IMG/VR virus record: IMGVR_UViG_2695420571_000019
Reading direction: 5' to 3' (one strand)
DNA from: an uncultured virus (IMG/VR IMGVR_UViG_2695420571_000019)
Lineage: Duplodnaviria > Heunggongvirae > Uroviricota > Caudoviricetes
Length of the DNA: 20,000 nucleotides
Positions 8,675 to 16,316 of this stretch are shown in pieces; position 1 is the stretch's first letter, and each line of letters opens with the position of its first letter. The notes under the pieces were generated by a model. The model ran no database searches and was not told the origin of the DNA. It saw only the letters and a list, made by a program, of their open reading frames with translations. A program made the position numbers and the translations under genes.

Positions 8675-11239
8675 ATGCCGAAATATCCGTACAGAAAAGC
8701 GGGATCGGGATGGGATCGTGTTTTTCGTAATAACCACAACCAAAACCTCGATGATATTGCGGATGACATTAAAGGATCATACAACGAGATTACCACACAT
8801 AAGAACGCAGAAACCGCCCACACGTCGGATCAAATCGACCATGGCGGTTTTTCTTTGCGCACATACGTGGACAGTCTTTATAACCGCATGAAAAACCTGA
8901 TTCTTAACGCGGACGGTACCAACGTAAAAGAGGTCGTAGATTCGCGCGTAGGAACTGACGGTGAAGTATTTCCGTTACTAAAAGAACGGCTTGATCGCGA
9001 ATACCTTAAGCTTCTACAGAAGATCAAACGGACGGTTAACGTTGATGATTTCGGAGCAGATCCGACCGGCGTTAACGATAGTACAGAAGCGTTTCAGAGG
9101 GCGATTGGTACAGGTAAAGTCCGTGTTAATTTATCTGCGGGCACATATATCGTAAAGGGCGTTAAACTGCCGTCGTGGACTTATATGGTCGGCCAAGGTA
9201 TCGGAGTTACAACGTTGAAGCTCCACGAAGACACGCCGGCTAGCGAATGGGTGGTCACTAACGCGGACCATGACGGCGGTAACCGAAATATCACCGTCGA
9301 AGGCATGACGCTAGATTGGAATCCGGAACGTCAAGGTGGCCTTGGAGCAACGGGCGGTTTACATTCGAGCGGCCTGACACTCGCGCAAGTTAAGTTCGGT
9401 ATCGTACGCGAAGTGGAAAGTATTAATCCGGGGCTTCATAGCTTTGATGCTTCAGCGCCAACTTACGATATCAGCGCAACGGATTATACGCAACAAGGTT
9501 GCCGATATATTTGGTTCGATCGCTGCGTCGGCTCTGGATACGGGGATGACGGGATCTCTACGCATTATAGCGAGTACATTTTTATCACGAATTGCGTTAT
9601 GACGAATCCGAGAGGAACTGCGCACGAAGACGGAAGAGCTAACTCGAACGGTATCGAAATTGATGACGGTTCTAAAAACGTATGGGTAATCGACTGTTAT
9701 ACCGAAGGGAACGTAAGAGGCGTAGAAGTAAAAGCGCACGCGGCTTGGCCGGCTTCCCAAAACGTACACATACGCGGACATGAATCTTACCGTGATATTA
9801 GGGCGTACGACTTGCGCCACATCGGTCATCACTTAGCGAGCGAACCGTGGAGTGAGACGGCGCGAGACGTTACTTTGATCGACTGTACAGCGCGAGAGCC
9901 GATTTATAACGATCTATACGCCGGTCTTGCTCCAAAGGCGCTCGTTATTTCGGCGTACCAACGGGTCCTCGTTTCAGATTTCCGAGCTATTGGCGATCCT
10001 ACCTACGATTATAAAGGTACGGACATTATCGCGTTTCAGTATAAGAGCCGGAAGATAAATGTCAACGGCTTGCAGATGTACGGATTCGCGACAGCAGGGT
10101 CAGACGTTCATATTTACGGCGGAGATCAGCGAACAGATGACGTTTATATATCTAACTTTACGATCCATGATTCGGCGCCTGTAGGTATCGGGATCGGAGG
10201 CGGCGTCTATTACGTTACGTTGAGCAACGGTATTGTTCACACTAGAGGCGGAACAGCCGGGATCACTTCTCCGAACAACCAGGCCACTATTATTGCGGTT
10301 CGTGCGGTGGGTTACACAGACGCAGCAGTATTAGCCGGACAAAAGTACAAGGTGGTTCCAAACAACCTGAAAGGCGGCTTTAGAGCGGCGGCTTCCTCCG
10401 GTTCTCCTCTAACGGACACAAGCGCTATCATCGCTGGCTCAGGGACGATTATCGCGAAAGGTGAACGGAATTTCATTGCTGGCGTAGCGGGCGGCGCGAC
10501 AACGGAAGGTTCGCGGAATGGTGTTTTGTATTCGTGGAATTCGCATACGAAAGGTGAGAGCGGTTCCTCGGCAGTAATTGCGTCTAAAAACGTAGTAAAC
10601 ACGAAAGAATACACCGTTGCTTTGGGACATGGCGATGGCGACCCGTCGGAAGCGAATAAGAAAATCGAGATTGACGCGATGGGTGGACGAGTTCGAGCTA
10701 CGGGCGCAATCGAAAGTGCTTCGAATCTACAAGACTTCGGAGAATACTTCGAATCAATCGACGGACAAAAAATCGATGCTTCGTATCTCGTAACGTTGGA
10801 AGGCGATAAGATTCGTAAAGCTAATGCGGGCGATAAAATTCTCGGCGTCGTATCAAAAACGGCCGGTCTGGTTCTCGGTGGGGCTGCGTTTTACTGGAAC
10901 GACCGTTATTTGCGCGATGAATTCGGCGAACTTATTTATCGTGAAATTTACGAAGATGGCCGCCTCGTTACAGTTCCTGCGGAGAATCCGGACTATGATC
11001 CGACGGTTGAGTATACACCGCGAGAGGGAAGGGACGAGTGGCACGTTATCGGCCTTATCGGTCAGGTACTCGTTCGTATCGACTCTACTGTCGCAGTAGG
11101 CGACAGCGTAACTGCTATCGACGGAATCGCAACAAAGGCGGAATCGGACGGCTATGGAACGGTCATGAAAATAAAAACGCCTTATGACGCAGAAAAAGGC
11201 TATGGCGTAGCGCAAATGATCGTTACGCCGCAGCACTAG
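8675..11239 (+). CDS. Pre-neck appendage/tail spike-like protein: beta-helix plus peptidase G2 autocleaving chaperone domain (phi29 gp12-like)
   Basis: VNVDDFGADPTGVNDSTEAFQRAI (pectate-lyase-3 start); DFGEYFES and W..IGLIGQVLVR (peptidase G2); EVVDSR N-terminal phage motif. Confidence 0.85.
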   Translation: MPKYPYRKAGSGWDRVFRNNHNQNLDDIADDIKGSYNEITTHKNAETAHTSDQIDHGGFSLRTYVDSLYNRMKNLILNADGTNVKEVVDSRVGTDGEVFPLLKERLDREYLKLLQKIKRTVNVDDFGADPTGVNDSTEAFQRAIGTGKVRVNLSAGTYIVKGVKLPSWTYMVGQGIGVTTLKLHEDTPASEWVVTNADHDGGNRNITVEGMTLDWNPERQGGLGATGGLHSSGLTLAQVKFGIVREVESINPGLHSFDASAPTYDISATDYTQQGCRYIWFDRCVGSGYGDDGISTHYSEYIFITNCVMTNPRGTAHEDGRANSNGIEIDDGSKNVWVIDCYTEGNVRGVEVKAHAAWPASQNVHIRGHESYRDIRAYDLRHIGHHLASEPWSETARDVTLIDCTAREPIYNDLYAGLAPKALVISAYQRVLVSDFRAIGDPTYDYKGTDIIAFQYKSRKINVNGLQMYGFATAGSDVHIYGGDQRTDDVYISNFTIHDSAPVGIGIGGGVYYVTLSNGIVHTRGGTAGITSPNNQATIIAVRAVGYTDAAVLAGQKYKVVPNNLKGGFRAAASSGSPLTDTSAIIAGSGTIIAKGERNFIAGVAGGATTEGSRNGVLYSWNSHTKGESGSSAVIASKNVVNTKEYTVALGHGDGDPSEANKKIEIDAMGGRVRATGAIESASNLQDFGEYFESIDGQKIDASYLVTLEGDKIRKANAGDKILGVVSKTAGLVLGGAAFYWNDRYLRDEFGELIYREIYEDGRLVTVPAENPDYDPTVEYTPREGRDEWHVIGLIGQVLVRIDSTVAVGDSVTAIDGIATKAESDGYGTVMKIKTPYDAEKGYGVAQMIVTPQH

Positions 11240-11250
11240 GAGGTTCGATA

Positions 11251-12618
11251 ATGATTTATAACGATGCGGAACAGTCGTTTGAAATTACCGCCTCAACCAA
11301 ACGAAAAGTAACTACCGGAATTCAATTTAGTACGCAAGATATCGGGACGGCAAAAATAACGTTCAGACTGACGAAGGACGGCGAACCTTTGCCGATCTCA
11401 AACGCAACACACGGTAAGCTATTTATGCGGATGGCTGACGGCAGTGAGTTTTACGTTAATACGGAAGTCGAGGACGCTTTGGAGGGCGTCCTTTTTTACA
11501 TCCTTACCGACGATCAAATTAAGCACGCCGGAACAGTAGCGGCAGAGCTTTACGTTAATTATGACAACGGACAGAGTCTAAGCGTTCATAAATTTTCGTT
11601 CGAGATCGATAAGGCACTCATCGATGCCAATATCGCTCCACTTGCGGAATACTATATCGAAGATTTCGAAGACCTGAAGACGGATATCAACAAAACTACG
11701 GATGAGATCAACCAGACTCTCAACGAAATAAAAGCGAAGTTTGATGAATTCGAGAACATCGAAACAAAGACCGGTTCTCAAGAGAAAGCGAATGCAGCGG
11801 AAGCGAACGCAAAAGCTTACACGGACCAACACGCAGGTAAAACGGACAATCCGCATAAGGTTACGAAAGCGCAAGTCGGCCTGACTAACGTTGATAACGT
11901 AAAACAGGCGGCCAAAACGGATTTTGATACTCATGTTGGAGATAACGTGCGGCATATTACGGCCGATGAGCGAACAAAGTGGAACGGTAGTCAGTTACTT
12001 AAAATAACGAATGATGTCGGAAACGTTCTTGTCTCAGCGGGAGACACTGACGATTTTTATACGAAGATTACTCAAAGCGGGAGACGGTTCGGCACTTTTT
12101 ATTCCACGGGTAAGGCAACAAACGCACCTTCTACCAACTCTACACGAGGATTTTTTCATATGACTGCAACCGATAGTAATGGGTTAGGTACGTTTGGCTA
12201 CGTTATAGCGGTTGATTGGCAAAATAACATGTTTACGAATTATTTAAATATGGACACAGGATGGCAAGGGTGGCGTCGCGTTTTATCTTCGTCTGACTTA
12301 TCGCCGATATGGAATAACGTAACCCTTATAAACGGAGCGAAACAGGATTCGGTTTATCCATTCAAATTCTCCGTCAGCAATAACGTTCTATGGTTACGGG
12401 GGTCATTTGGAACACTTCCTGCTGTCGGAACATCTGTCGCGAAATTCACGAATAAACCGACGCAGTTGGTCGACTTTGTTGTACCGACGATCGGATCTTA
12501 CGGAACTGCTCGATTCTCCCTAACGACTGATGGCGATTTAAGATACGATGGTATGACGGCAAACGATAACTCAAGCGTGTCGCGAGTCTCATTTAACATC
12601 GGAATTCCACTATGGTAA
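11251..12618 (+). CDS. BppU-family upper baseplate / tail fibre protein
   Basis: FSTQDIGTAKITFRL N-terminus (BppU_N); coiled coil; NPHKVTKAQVGLTNVDNV fibre motif; beta-rich C-terminus. Confidence 0.8.
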   Translation: MIYNDAEQSFEITASTKRKVTTGIQFSTQDIGTAKITFRLTKDGEPLPISNATHGKLFMRMADGSEFYVNTEVEDALEGVLFYILTDDQIKHAGTVAAELYVNYDNGQSLSVHKFSFEIDKALIDANIAPLAEYYIEDFEDLKTDINKTTDEINQTLNEIKAKFDEFENIETKTGSQEKANAAEANAKAYTDQHAGKTDNPHKVTKAQVGLTNVDNVKQAAKTDFDTHVGDNVRHITADERTKWNGSQLLKITNDVGNVLVSAGDTDDFYTKITQSGRRFGTFYSTGKATNAPSTNSTRGFFHMTATDSNGLGTFGYVIAVDWQNNMFTNYLNMDTGWQGWRRVLSSSDLSPIWNNVTLINGAKQDSVYPFKFSVSNNVLWLRGSFGTLPAVGTSVAKFTNKPTQLVDFVVPTIGSYGTARFSLTTDGDLRYDGMTANDNSSVSRVSFNIGIPLW

Positions 12619-12632
12619 TGGAGGCGATGAAT

Positions 12633-12917
12633 ATGCACGTCCTTTTCTACGATGATAATTTCAAATATGACGGTGAAGCCGATATCGAAATAAATACGGA
12701 GGAAGGCGAGGAACTGCCGCCTAATTGTACAACAGCTTTAATTCCCGCTGGGCTTTACGATCCAAAGTATGATCCGAAAAAAGGCGTTTGGATTGAGTCG
12801 GCAACGCAAGAATATATAGACAGTGTGAAACCGCCTGCGCCGAAGCCGAGCGAAATAGAAGTCCTGTCTCAACAGGTCGCAGATCTATACTATCTAATTG
12901 CGATGGGAGGAGCGTAA
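12633..12917 (+). CDS. Small tail-fibre-associated protein (XkdW/YomQ-like position)
   Basis: GGAGG 8 nt before ATG 12633; LPPNCT...GLYDPKYD...W motif with a C-terminal helix. Confidence 0.6.
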   Translation: MHVLFYDDNFKYDGEADIEINTEEGEELPPNCTTALIPAGLYDPKYDPKKGVWIESATQEYIDSVKPPAPKPSEIEVLSQQVADLYYLIAMGGA

Positions 12918-12918
12918 T

Positions 12919-13116
12919 GTGATAGATTGGTTCGAGTACATCAAAGGATTTTATGAAACAGGTCGGTGGACGAAAAAACAAGTTTACGATGTTGTTGCCG
13001 TCGGCCGCATCACGCCGGAACAATACGAAGAAATTACCGGAGAACCGTATGATCCCAATACGCCTCCCAGCGAAGGGCCTTCTGAGGCGACTGACGGATC
13101 TACTGGGGCTGAGTAA
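12919..13116 (+). CDS. XkdX-family phage protein
   Basis: GGAGGAG RBS before GTG 12919; IKGFY..G.WT...V..G.ITPEQYEEITG motif. Confidence 0.85.
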   Translation: MIDWFEYIKGFYETGRWTKKQVYDVVAVGRITPEQYEEITGEPYDPNTPPSEGPSEATDGSTGAE

Positions 13117-13138
13117 ATAACGGAAAGGAGGCGGCCCA

Positions 13139-13402
13139 ATGCCGGAACCGAACATACACGAATTTAACGATAAGTTAGCCGAAGTTCGCGAATGGCTTGT
13201 TCGGATAGACACCAAGGTCGATTATTTTAACGATGTAAAAACGACAGCCGAGAGAGCTGACGAAAAAGCCGATGAAGCATTGTCGTTGGCGAAAGAAAAC
13301 CGCGCAGATATAGCGGATATGAAAGCAAATACGAAATGGATTTGGGGCGTAATGATCGGCGTCGCTGGCTTAGCGATATCGGGAGTTGCGCTATTTTTAT
13401 AA
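13139..13402 (+). CDS. XhlA-like lysis membrane protein
   Basis: Coiled coil followed by a single C-terminal TM (NTKWIWGVMIGVAGLAISGVALFL); upstream of the endolysin. Confidence 0.75.
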   Translation: MPEPNIHEFNDKLAEVREWLVRIDTKVDYFNDVKTTAERADEKADEALSLAKENRADIADMKANTKWIWGVMIGVAGLAISGVALFL

Positions 13403-13419
13403 CCAAATAAACGCAATAC

Positions 13420-13452
13420 GCCCGTCAGGTGAGAGTCCCGGCGGGCTTTTTT
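13420..13452 (+). terminator. Rho-independent terminator between the xhlA-like gene and endolysin
   Basis: GCCCGTCAGG-TGAGAGT-CCCGGCGGGC followed by TTTTTT. Confidence 0.7.
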
Positions 13453-13474
13453 AATTTCGAAAGGAGACGATAAA

Positions 13475-14419
13475 ATGGCGATTTCAGTACGAAAAAACTT
13501 GGTGGCGGAAAGTAAGCGCAAATTAAAATGTCCGTATTCAATGGATGCGAAGTACATTACGTTCCACAATACGGCTAATGACGCTTCAGCAGCGAATGAG
13601 GTTTCGTATATGATCGGAAACACAAGTGTAACAAGCTTTCATTTCGCGGTGGACGATAAGGAAGTCGTACAAGGTATTCCGACAGACCGAAACGCGTTTC
13701 ACTGCGGCGATGGTAGCGGCGTGAATTCCGGAAACCGTACGTCTATTGGCGTAGAGGTATGCTATTCGAAGTCAGGCGGCGCCAAGTACAAAGCGGCCGA
13801 GAAACTGGCGATTAAATTTATCGCGCAATTATTGAAAGAGCGTGGCTGGGGCGTTGACCGCGTTCGTAAGCACCAAGACTGGTCCGGTAAATATTGTCCG
13901 CACAGGGTTCTCGCCGAGGATCGTTGGGAAGAAGTAAAAGCAGGTATTGCCGCGGAACTTAAAGCACTCGGCGGTGAATCAACGTCATCTTCGTCTACGA
14001 AGAAATCAGCGCCTAAAGCTTCCGGATCTACCTATACCGTCAAGAAAGGCGACACACTTTCCGAAATTGCGGAGAAAACAGGCGTAAGTGTGGCAAAGCT
14101 TCAATCGTACAACGGCATCAAAAACGCAAATAAAATTACGGTTGGCCAGGTGCTCAAGCTTAAAGGCGGTTCCACGTCGACCTCTAAAGGAAAGAAATAC
14201 GTTTATCTTCCGGCATCTGCCGATTCTTGGCGCATCTATCCGACTAACAAAGCGCCGGTTAAAGGAAATGAATGCGGCTACTTGCGTCCTAAGAAATTCG
14301 GCGGCCTGAAATACGAAGTCCTTGCGAACCCACAAACGGACGTCTATACAATCAAAACGGATCAGTTCGGAAAAGTAAATATCTACGCTGCGAAATCAAC
14401 TGGCGCAACAGTAAAATAA
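13475..14419 (+). CDS. Endolysin: N-acetylmuramoyl-L-alanine amidase (Amidase_2, XlyA-like) plus LysM and C-terminal putative binding domain
   Basis: ITFHNTAND, SFHFAVDD, SIGVEVC and HQDWSGKYCP amidase motifs; YTVKKGDTLSEIA LysM. Confidence 0.95.
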   Translation: MAISVRKNLVAESKRKLKCPYSMDAKYITFHNTANDASAANEVSYMIGNTSVTSFHFAVDDKEVVQGIPTDRNAFHCGDGSGVNSGNRTSIGVEVCYSKSGGAKYKAAEKLAIKFIAQLLKERGWGVDRVRKHQDWSGKYCPHRVLAEDRWEEVKAGIAAELKALGGESTSSSSTKKSAPKASGSTYTVKKGDTLSEIAEKTGVSVAKLQSYNGIKNANKITVGQVLKLKGGSTSTSKGKKYVYLPASADSWRIYPTNKAPVKGNECGYLRPKKFGGLKYEVLANPQTDVYTIKTDQFGKVNIYAAKSTGATVK

Positions 14420-14437
14420 CGAAAGGGAGACGATACT

Positions 14438-14695
14438 ATGCAAGACGTTTTAATTTTCGCGACTGTACTGGCGCCTATTTTAACGGCGCTTGTTCAACTC
14501 GTTAAGAAAACGGTTAAGCTTCCGACTAATGTAATCCCGGCGTTAAGTTTTGTGATCGGTATCGGACTAGGCGCGGTTGCTTATCCGTTTACTGACCTCG
14601 ACTTGGTGCTGCGATTATGGGCCGGCGGCTTTGCGGGATTAGCTGCGACAGGTCTTTTTGAACTCGGAGCCAAACGCGAAGGTACAACGAAATAA
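14438..14695 (+). CDS. Holin
   Basis: 85 aa, 2-3 hydrophobic helices, GLAATGLFE motif, charged C-terminus; follows the endolysin. Confidence 0.9.
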   Translation: MQDVLIFATVLAPILTALVQLVKKTVKLPTNVIPALSFVIGIGLGAVAYPFTDLDLVLRLWAGGFAGLAATGLFELGAKREGTTK

Positions 14696-14706
14696 CGAAA
14701 CTTTTA

Positions 14707-14740
14707 GCGAGCGCTTACGTATAATAACGTAGGTGCTCGC
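14707..14740 (+). repeat. 14-bp hairpin at the end of the late operon
   Basis: GCGAGCGCTTACGT-ATAATA-ACGTAGGTGCTCGC, with two G.U pairs on the + strand and no U tract. Confidence 0.7.
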
Positions 14741-14755
14741 GTACATAAAAACTCA

Positions 14756-14785
14756 TTGCGGATAAGTTTGGCGGCGTAGTATAAT
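14756..14785 (+). promoter_or_regulatory. Putative SigA promoter of the moron gene
   Basis: TTGCGG-N18-TATAAT. Confidence 0.55.
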
Positions 14786-14819
14786 TTTACTAACTCATAT
14801 AAAGGACGGGTGAATTAAC

Positions 14820-15125
14820 GTGGAATATAAAACGGTGACTGTGGCGAAGAAAAAGTTCGGCTTTGGTAGGATTATTAGTTTGTGCGTTGGATCGTTTATA
14901 ATGTTGATTTCGGTACTCTTATGTCTCACAATTATCGGTATTCTTCCGGGCTTAGGTCTCGCATTCTTCAGTCTTCCGTTTTTCGCAATCGCGTTAGGAG
15001 GCGCACGGTACTCTTGTCCGAATTGCGGACACGATAAAAACTTCGTAACGAGCGGAAAGGTTAACGATAGCTGCCGTCGTTGTAAACAGAATATAGCGGT
15101 CGACTGGGTAAAAAACGTCGGCTAA
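14820..15125 (+). CDS. Membrane protein with C-terminal Zn ribbon (moron), function unknown
   Basis: Basic N-terminus, long hydrophobic hairpin, CPNC...CRRC; has its own promoter and terminator. Confidence 0.8.
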   Translation: MEYKTVTVAKKKFGFGRIISLCVGSFIMLISVLLCLTIIGILPGLGLAFFSLPFFAIALGGARYSCPNCGHDKNFVTSGKVNDSCRRCKQNIAVDWVKNVG

Positions 15126-15133
15126 CGAAAACA

Positions 15134-15164
15134 GCCCCATCCTTAACCGGATGGGGCGTTTTTT
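15134..15164. terminator. Bidirectional intrinsic terminator between convergent genes
   Basis: GCCCCATCC-TTAACC-GGATGGGGC with GTTTTTT after and AAAAC before. Confidence 0.8.
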
Positions 15165-15478
15165 ACGTTTATGATATCCGCAAACCTCACGAAATTAGTA
15201 TCGCCTTTGGCGTCCTTCACGCGAAACTCCTTCCGTATGTGGTCCACGTAATGTACTGCGCCAATTACCTCGCGTATGTATCCATCGTCGTATAGTTCGA
15301 ATGCAAGCGACGCGCCGACCTCCATCGACTGTGCGACCGTTATTTCCATGTCCTCGATCTGCTGCGTATCCAGTTGCGGCTTCTCAACCTTCCGTTTCTC
15401 TTCGGCTTGGCGCGCTAGGCCGGCTCTGTGCTCCGGTAATATAATGCGCATCGCCCACCGTTTATCCTCGATCTCCAT
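15143..15478 (-). CDS. YolD-like protein
   Basis: GGAGG 8 nt before ATG 15478; KRW..IILPEH, KPQLD.QQIE and G.VHYVD...F.DII motifs. Confidence 0.85.
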   Translation of the reverse strand: MEIEDKRWAMRIILPEHRAGLARQAEEKRKVEKPQLDTQQIEDMEITVAQSMEVGASLAFELYDDGYIREVIGAVHYVDHIRKEFRVKDAKGDTNFVRFADIINVKNAPSG

Positions 15479-15497
15479 GGCGAACACCTCCGCATTT

Positions 15498-15527
15498 ATT
15501 ATATGCGAATATGTGTTCGGTTATCAA
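15498..15527 (-). promoter_or_regulatory. SigA promoter with a LexA/DinR (SOS) box in the spacer, driving the yolD-like gene
   Basis: Minus strand TTGATA-N18-TATAAT. CGAATATGTGTTCG at 15506-15519 matches the Bacillus CGAACRNRYGTTCG consensus with one mismatch. Confidence 0.85.
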
Positions 15528-15748
15528 CAGTCAAAATAATCCTCTCGATCGACTTCGTATCCCAGCGACCTTAAAGCGCGCTGTACTTTTACCCACGTTG
15601 AAATACGCGGCGCATAATCGCGATCATTACACATGCTCGTCATTGTGCCGTGACCTATGCCGGCCTTCCGGCGAACCTCTTCTTGCGCGATTCCTTCTCG
15701 ATCTAAAAAGCGGCCGAATCGGCTACGTCGTTTACCTAGTCCAAACAT
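15524..15748 (-). CDS. XRE-family HTH transcriptional regulator
   Basis: AGGAGGTG RBS; QEEVRRKAGIGHGTMTSMC HTH; divergent from the FtsK operon. Confidence 0.8.
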   Translation of the reverse strand: MFGLGKRRSRFGRFLDREGIAQEEVRRKAGIGHGTMTSMCNDRDYAPRISTWVKVQRALRSLGYEVDREDYFDC

Positions 15749-15847
15749 CGGACAACACCTCCTAAAATCAGCGTGTCCAAAAAATCGGAAAGTTAAACGC
15801 AGGCAAAAAACTGTGATATTGGACGATCCGTAGCGCGTAACGTTTAT

Positions 15848-16003
15848 TAAACGGCAACTACACGGCAGCTAAACGGTAGGGTGCGGGTAGGTTCAGCAGA
15901 GTTGCGAAAAGGTTACCGCACTTAGCGACGAATTCCGTAACGGTTATTACCGTGTTAACCTACCGCACTTTATCGCGTTTAACGCCCGTAACGAAGCCGT
16001 TTA
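15848..16003 (+). other. Long strand-specific folded element (structured leader/sRNA or ssDNA origin/oriT)
   Basis: Nested pairings 15848-55/15996-16003, 15870-75/15976-81, 15876-93/15957-73 (three G.T wobbles, one bulge), plus inner hairpins such as ACGGT-TATT-ACCGT. Confidence 0.65.
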
Positions 16004-16028
16004 CGAAATTTGTTAAGGAGTGAGAGAG

Positions 16029-16316
16029 ATGAGCGAAGCGAGACGAAGGAACGACAGGGCGGGGCTCACACGAGCGTTTTCGTTCGTGCCCGGCGGATTC
16101 ACAGCGGCAGGATTTTTCGATATGTCACCTGAGGTAGTCGGCTTGTACGCGTTAGTGGGCGGCGCGGGCTTGGTCTGCATTGGAGCGGCTTGGCTAGAAG
16201 GGCGCTTGTTCGGCGGCAAATTTGCGTATATTGGAGACGCAGTAAACGGGCTCTTACGGTTCGTCCTGCCGGCGGGGTATGCCGTGTTGCTACTGCGTTT
16301 TTTAAACGCGATATGA
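16029..16316 (+). CDS. Small membrane protein (2 predicted TM), first gene of the FtsK-relaxase operon
   Basis: AAGGAG 8 nt before ATG 16029; hydrophobic segments VVGLYALVGGAGLVCIGAAWL and LLRFVLPAGYAVLLL. Confidence 0.75.
   Translation: MSEARRRNDRAGLTRAFSFVPGGFTAAGFFDMSPEVVGLYALVGGAGLVCIGAAWLEGRLFGGKFAYIGDAVNGLLRFVLPAGYAVLLLRFLNAI

Noticed and set aside
809..14335. Numerous antisense and alternate-frame ORFs in the track (e.g. 3639-4145, 5079-5588, 12721-13215)
   Set aside because: They are shadows of well-supported + strand phage genes, with no recognisable motifs.
15814..15840. ECF (SigW-like) promoter TGATAT-N16-CGTAA for the FtsK operon
   Set aside because: Spacing and position fit, but the critical AAC of the -35 element is missing; too weak to call.
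16190..16312. ORF-track N-terminal extension of the FtsK gene
   Set aside because: It overlaps the better-supported membrane gene in another frame and has no convincing RBS; only the last few codons matter, for the frameshift hypothesis.
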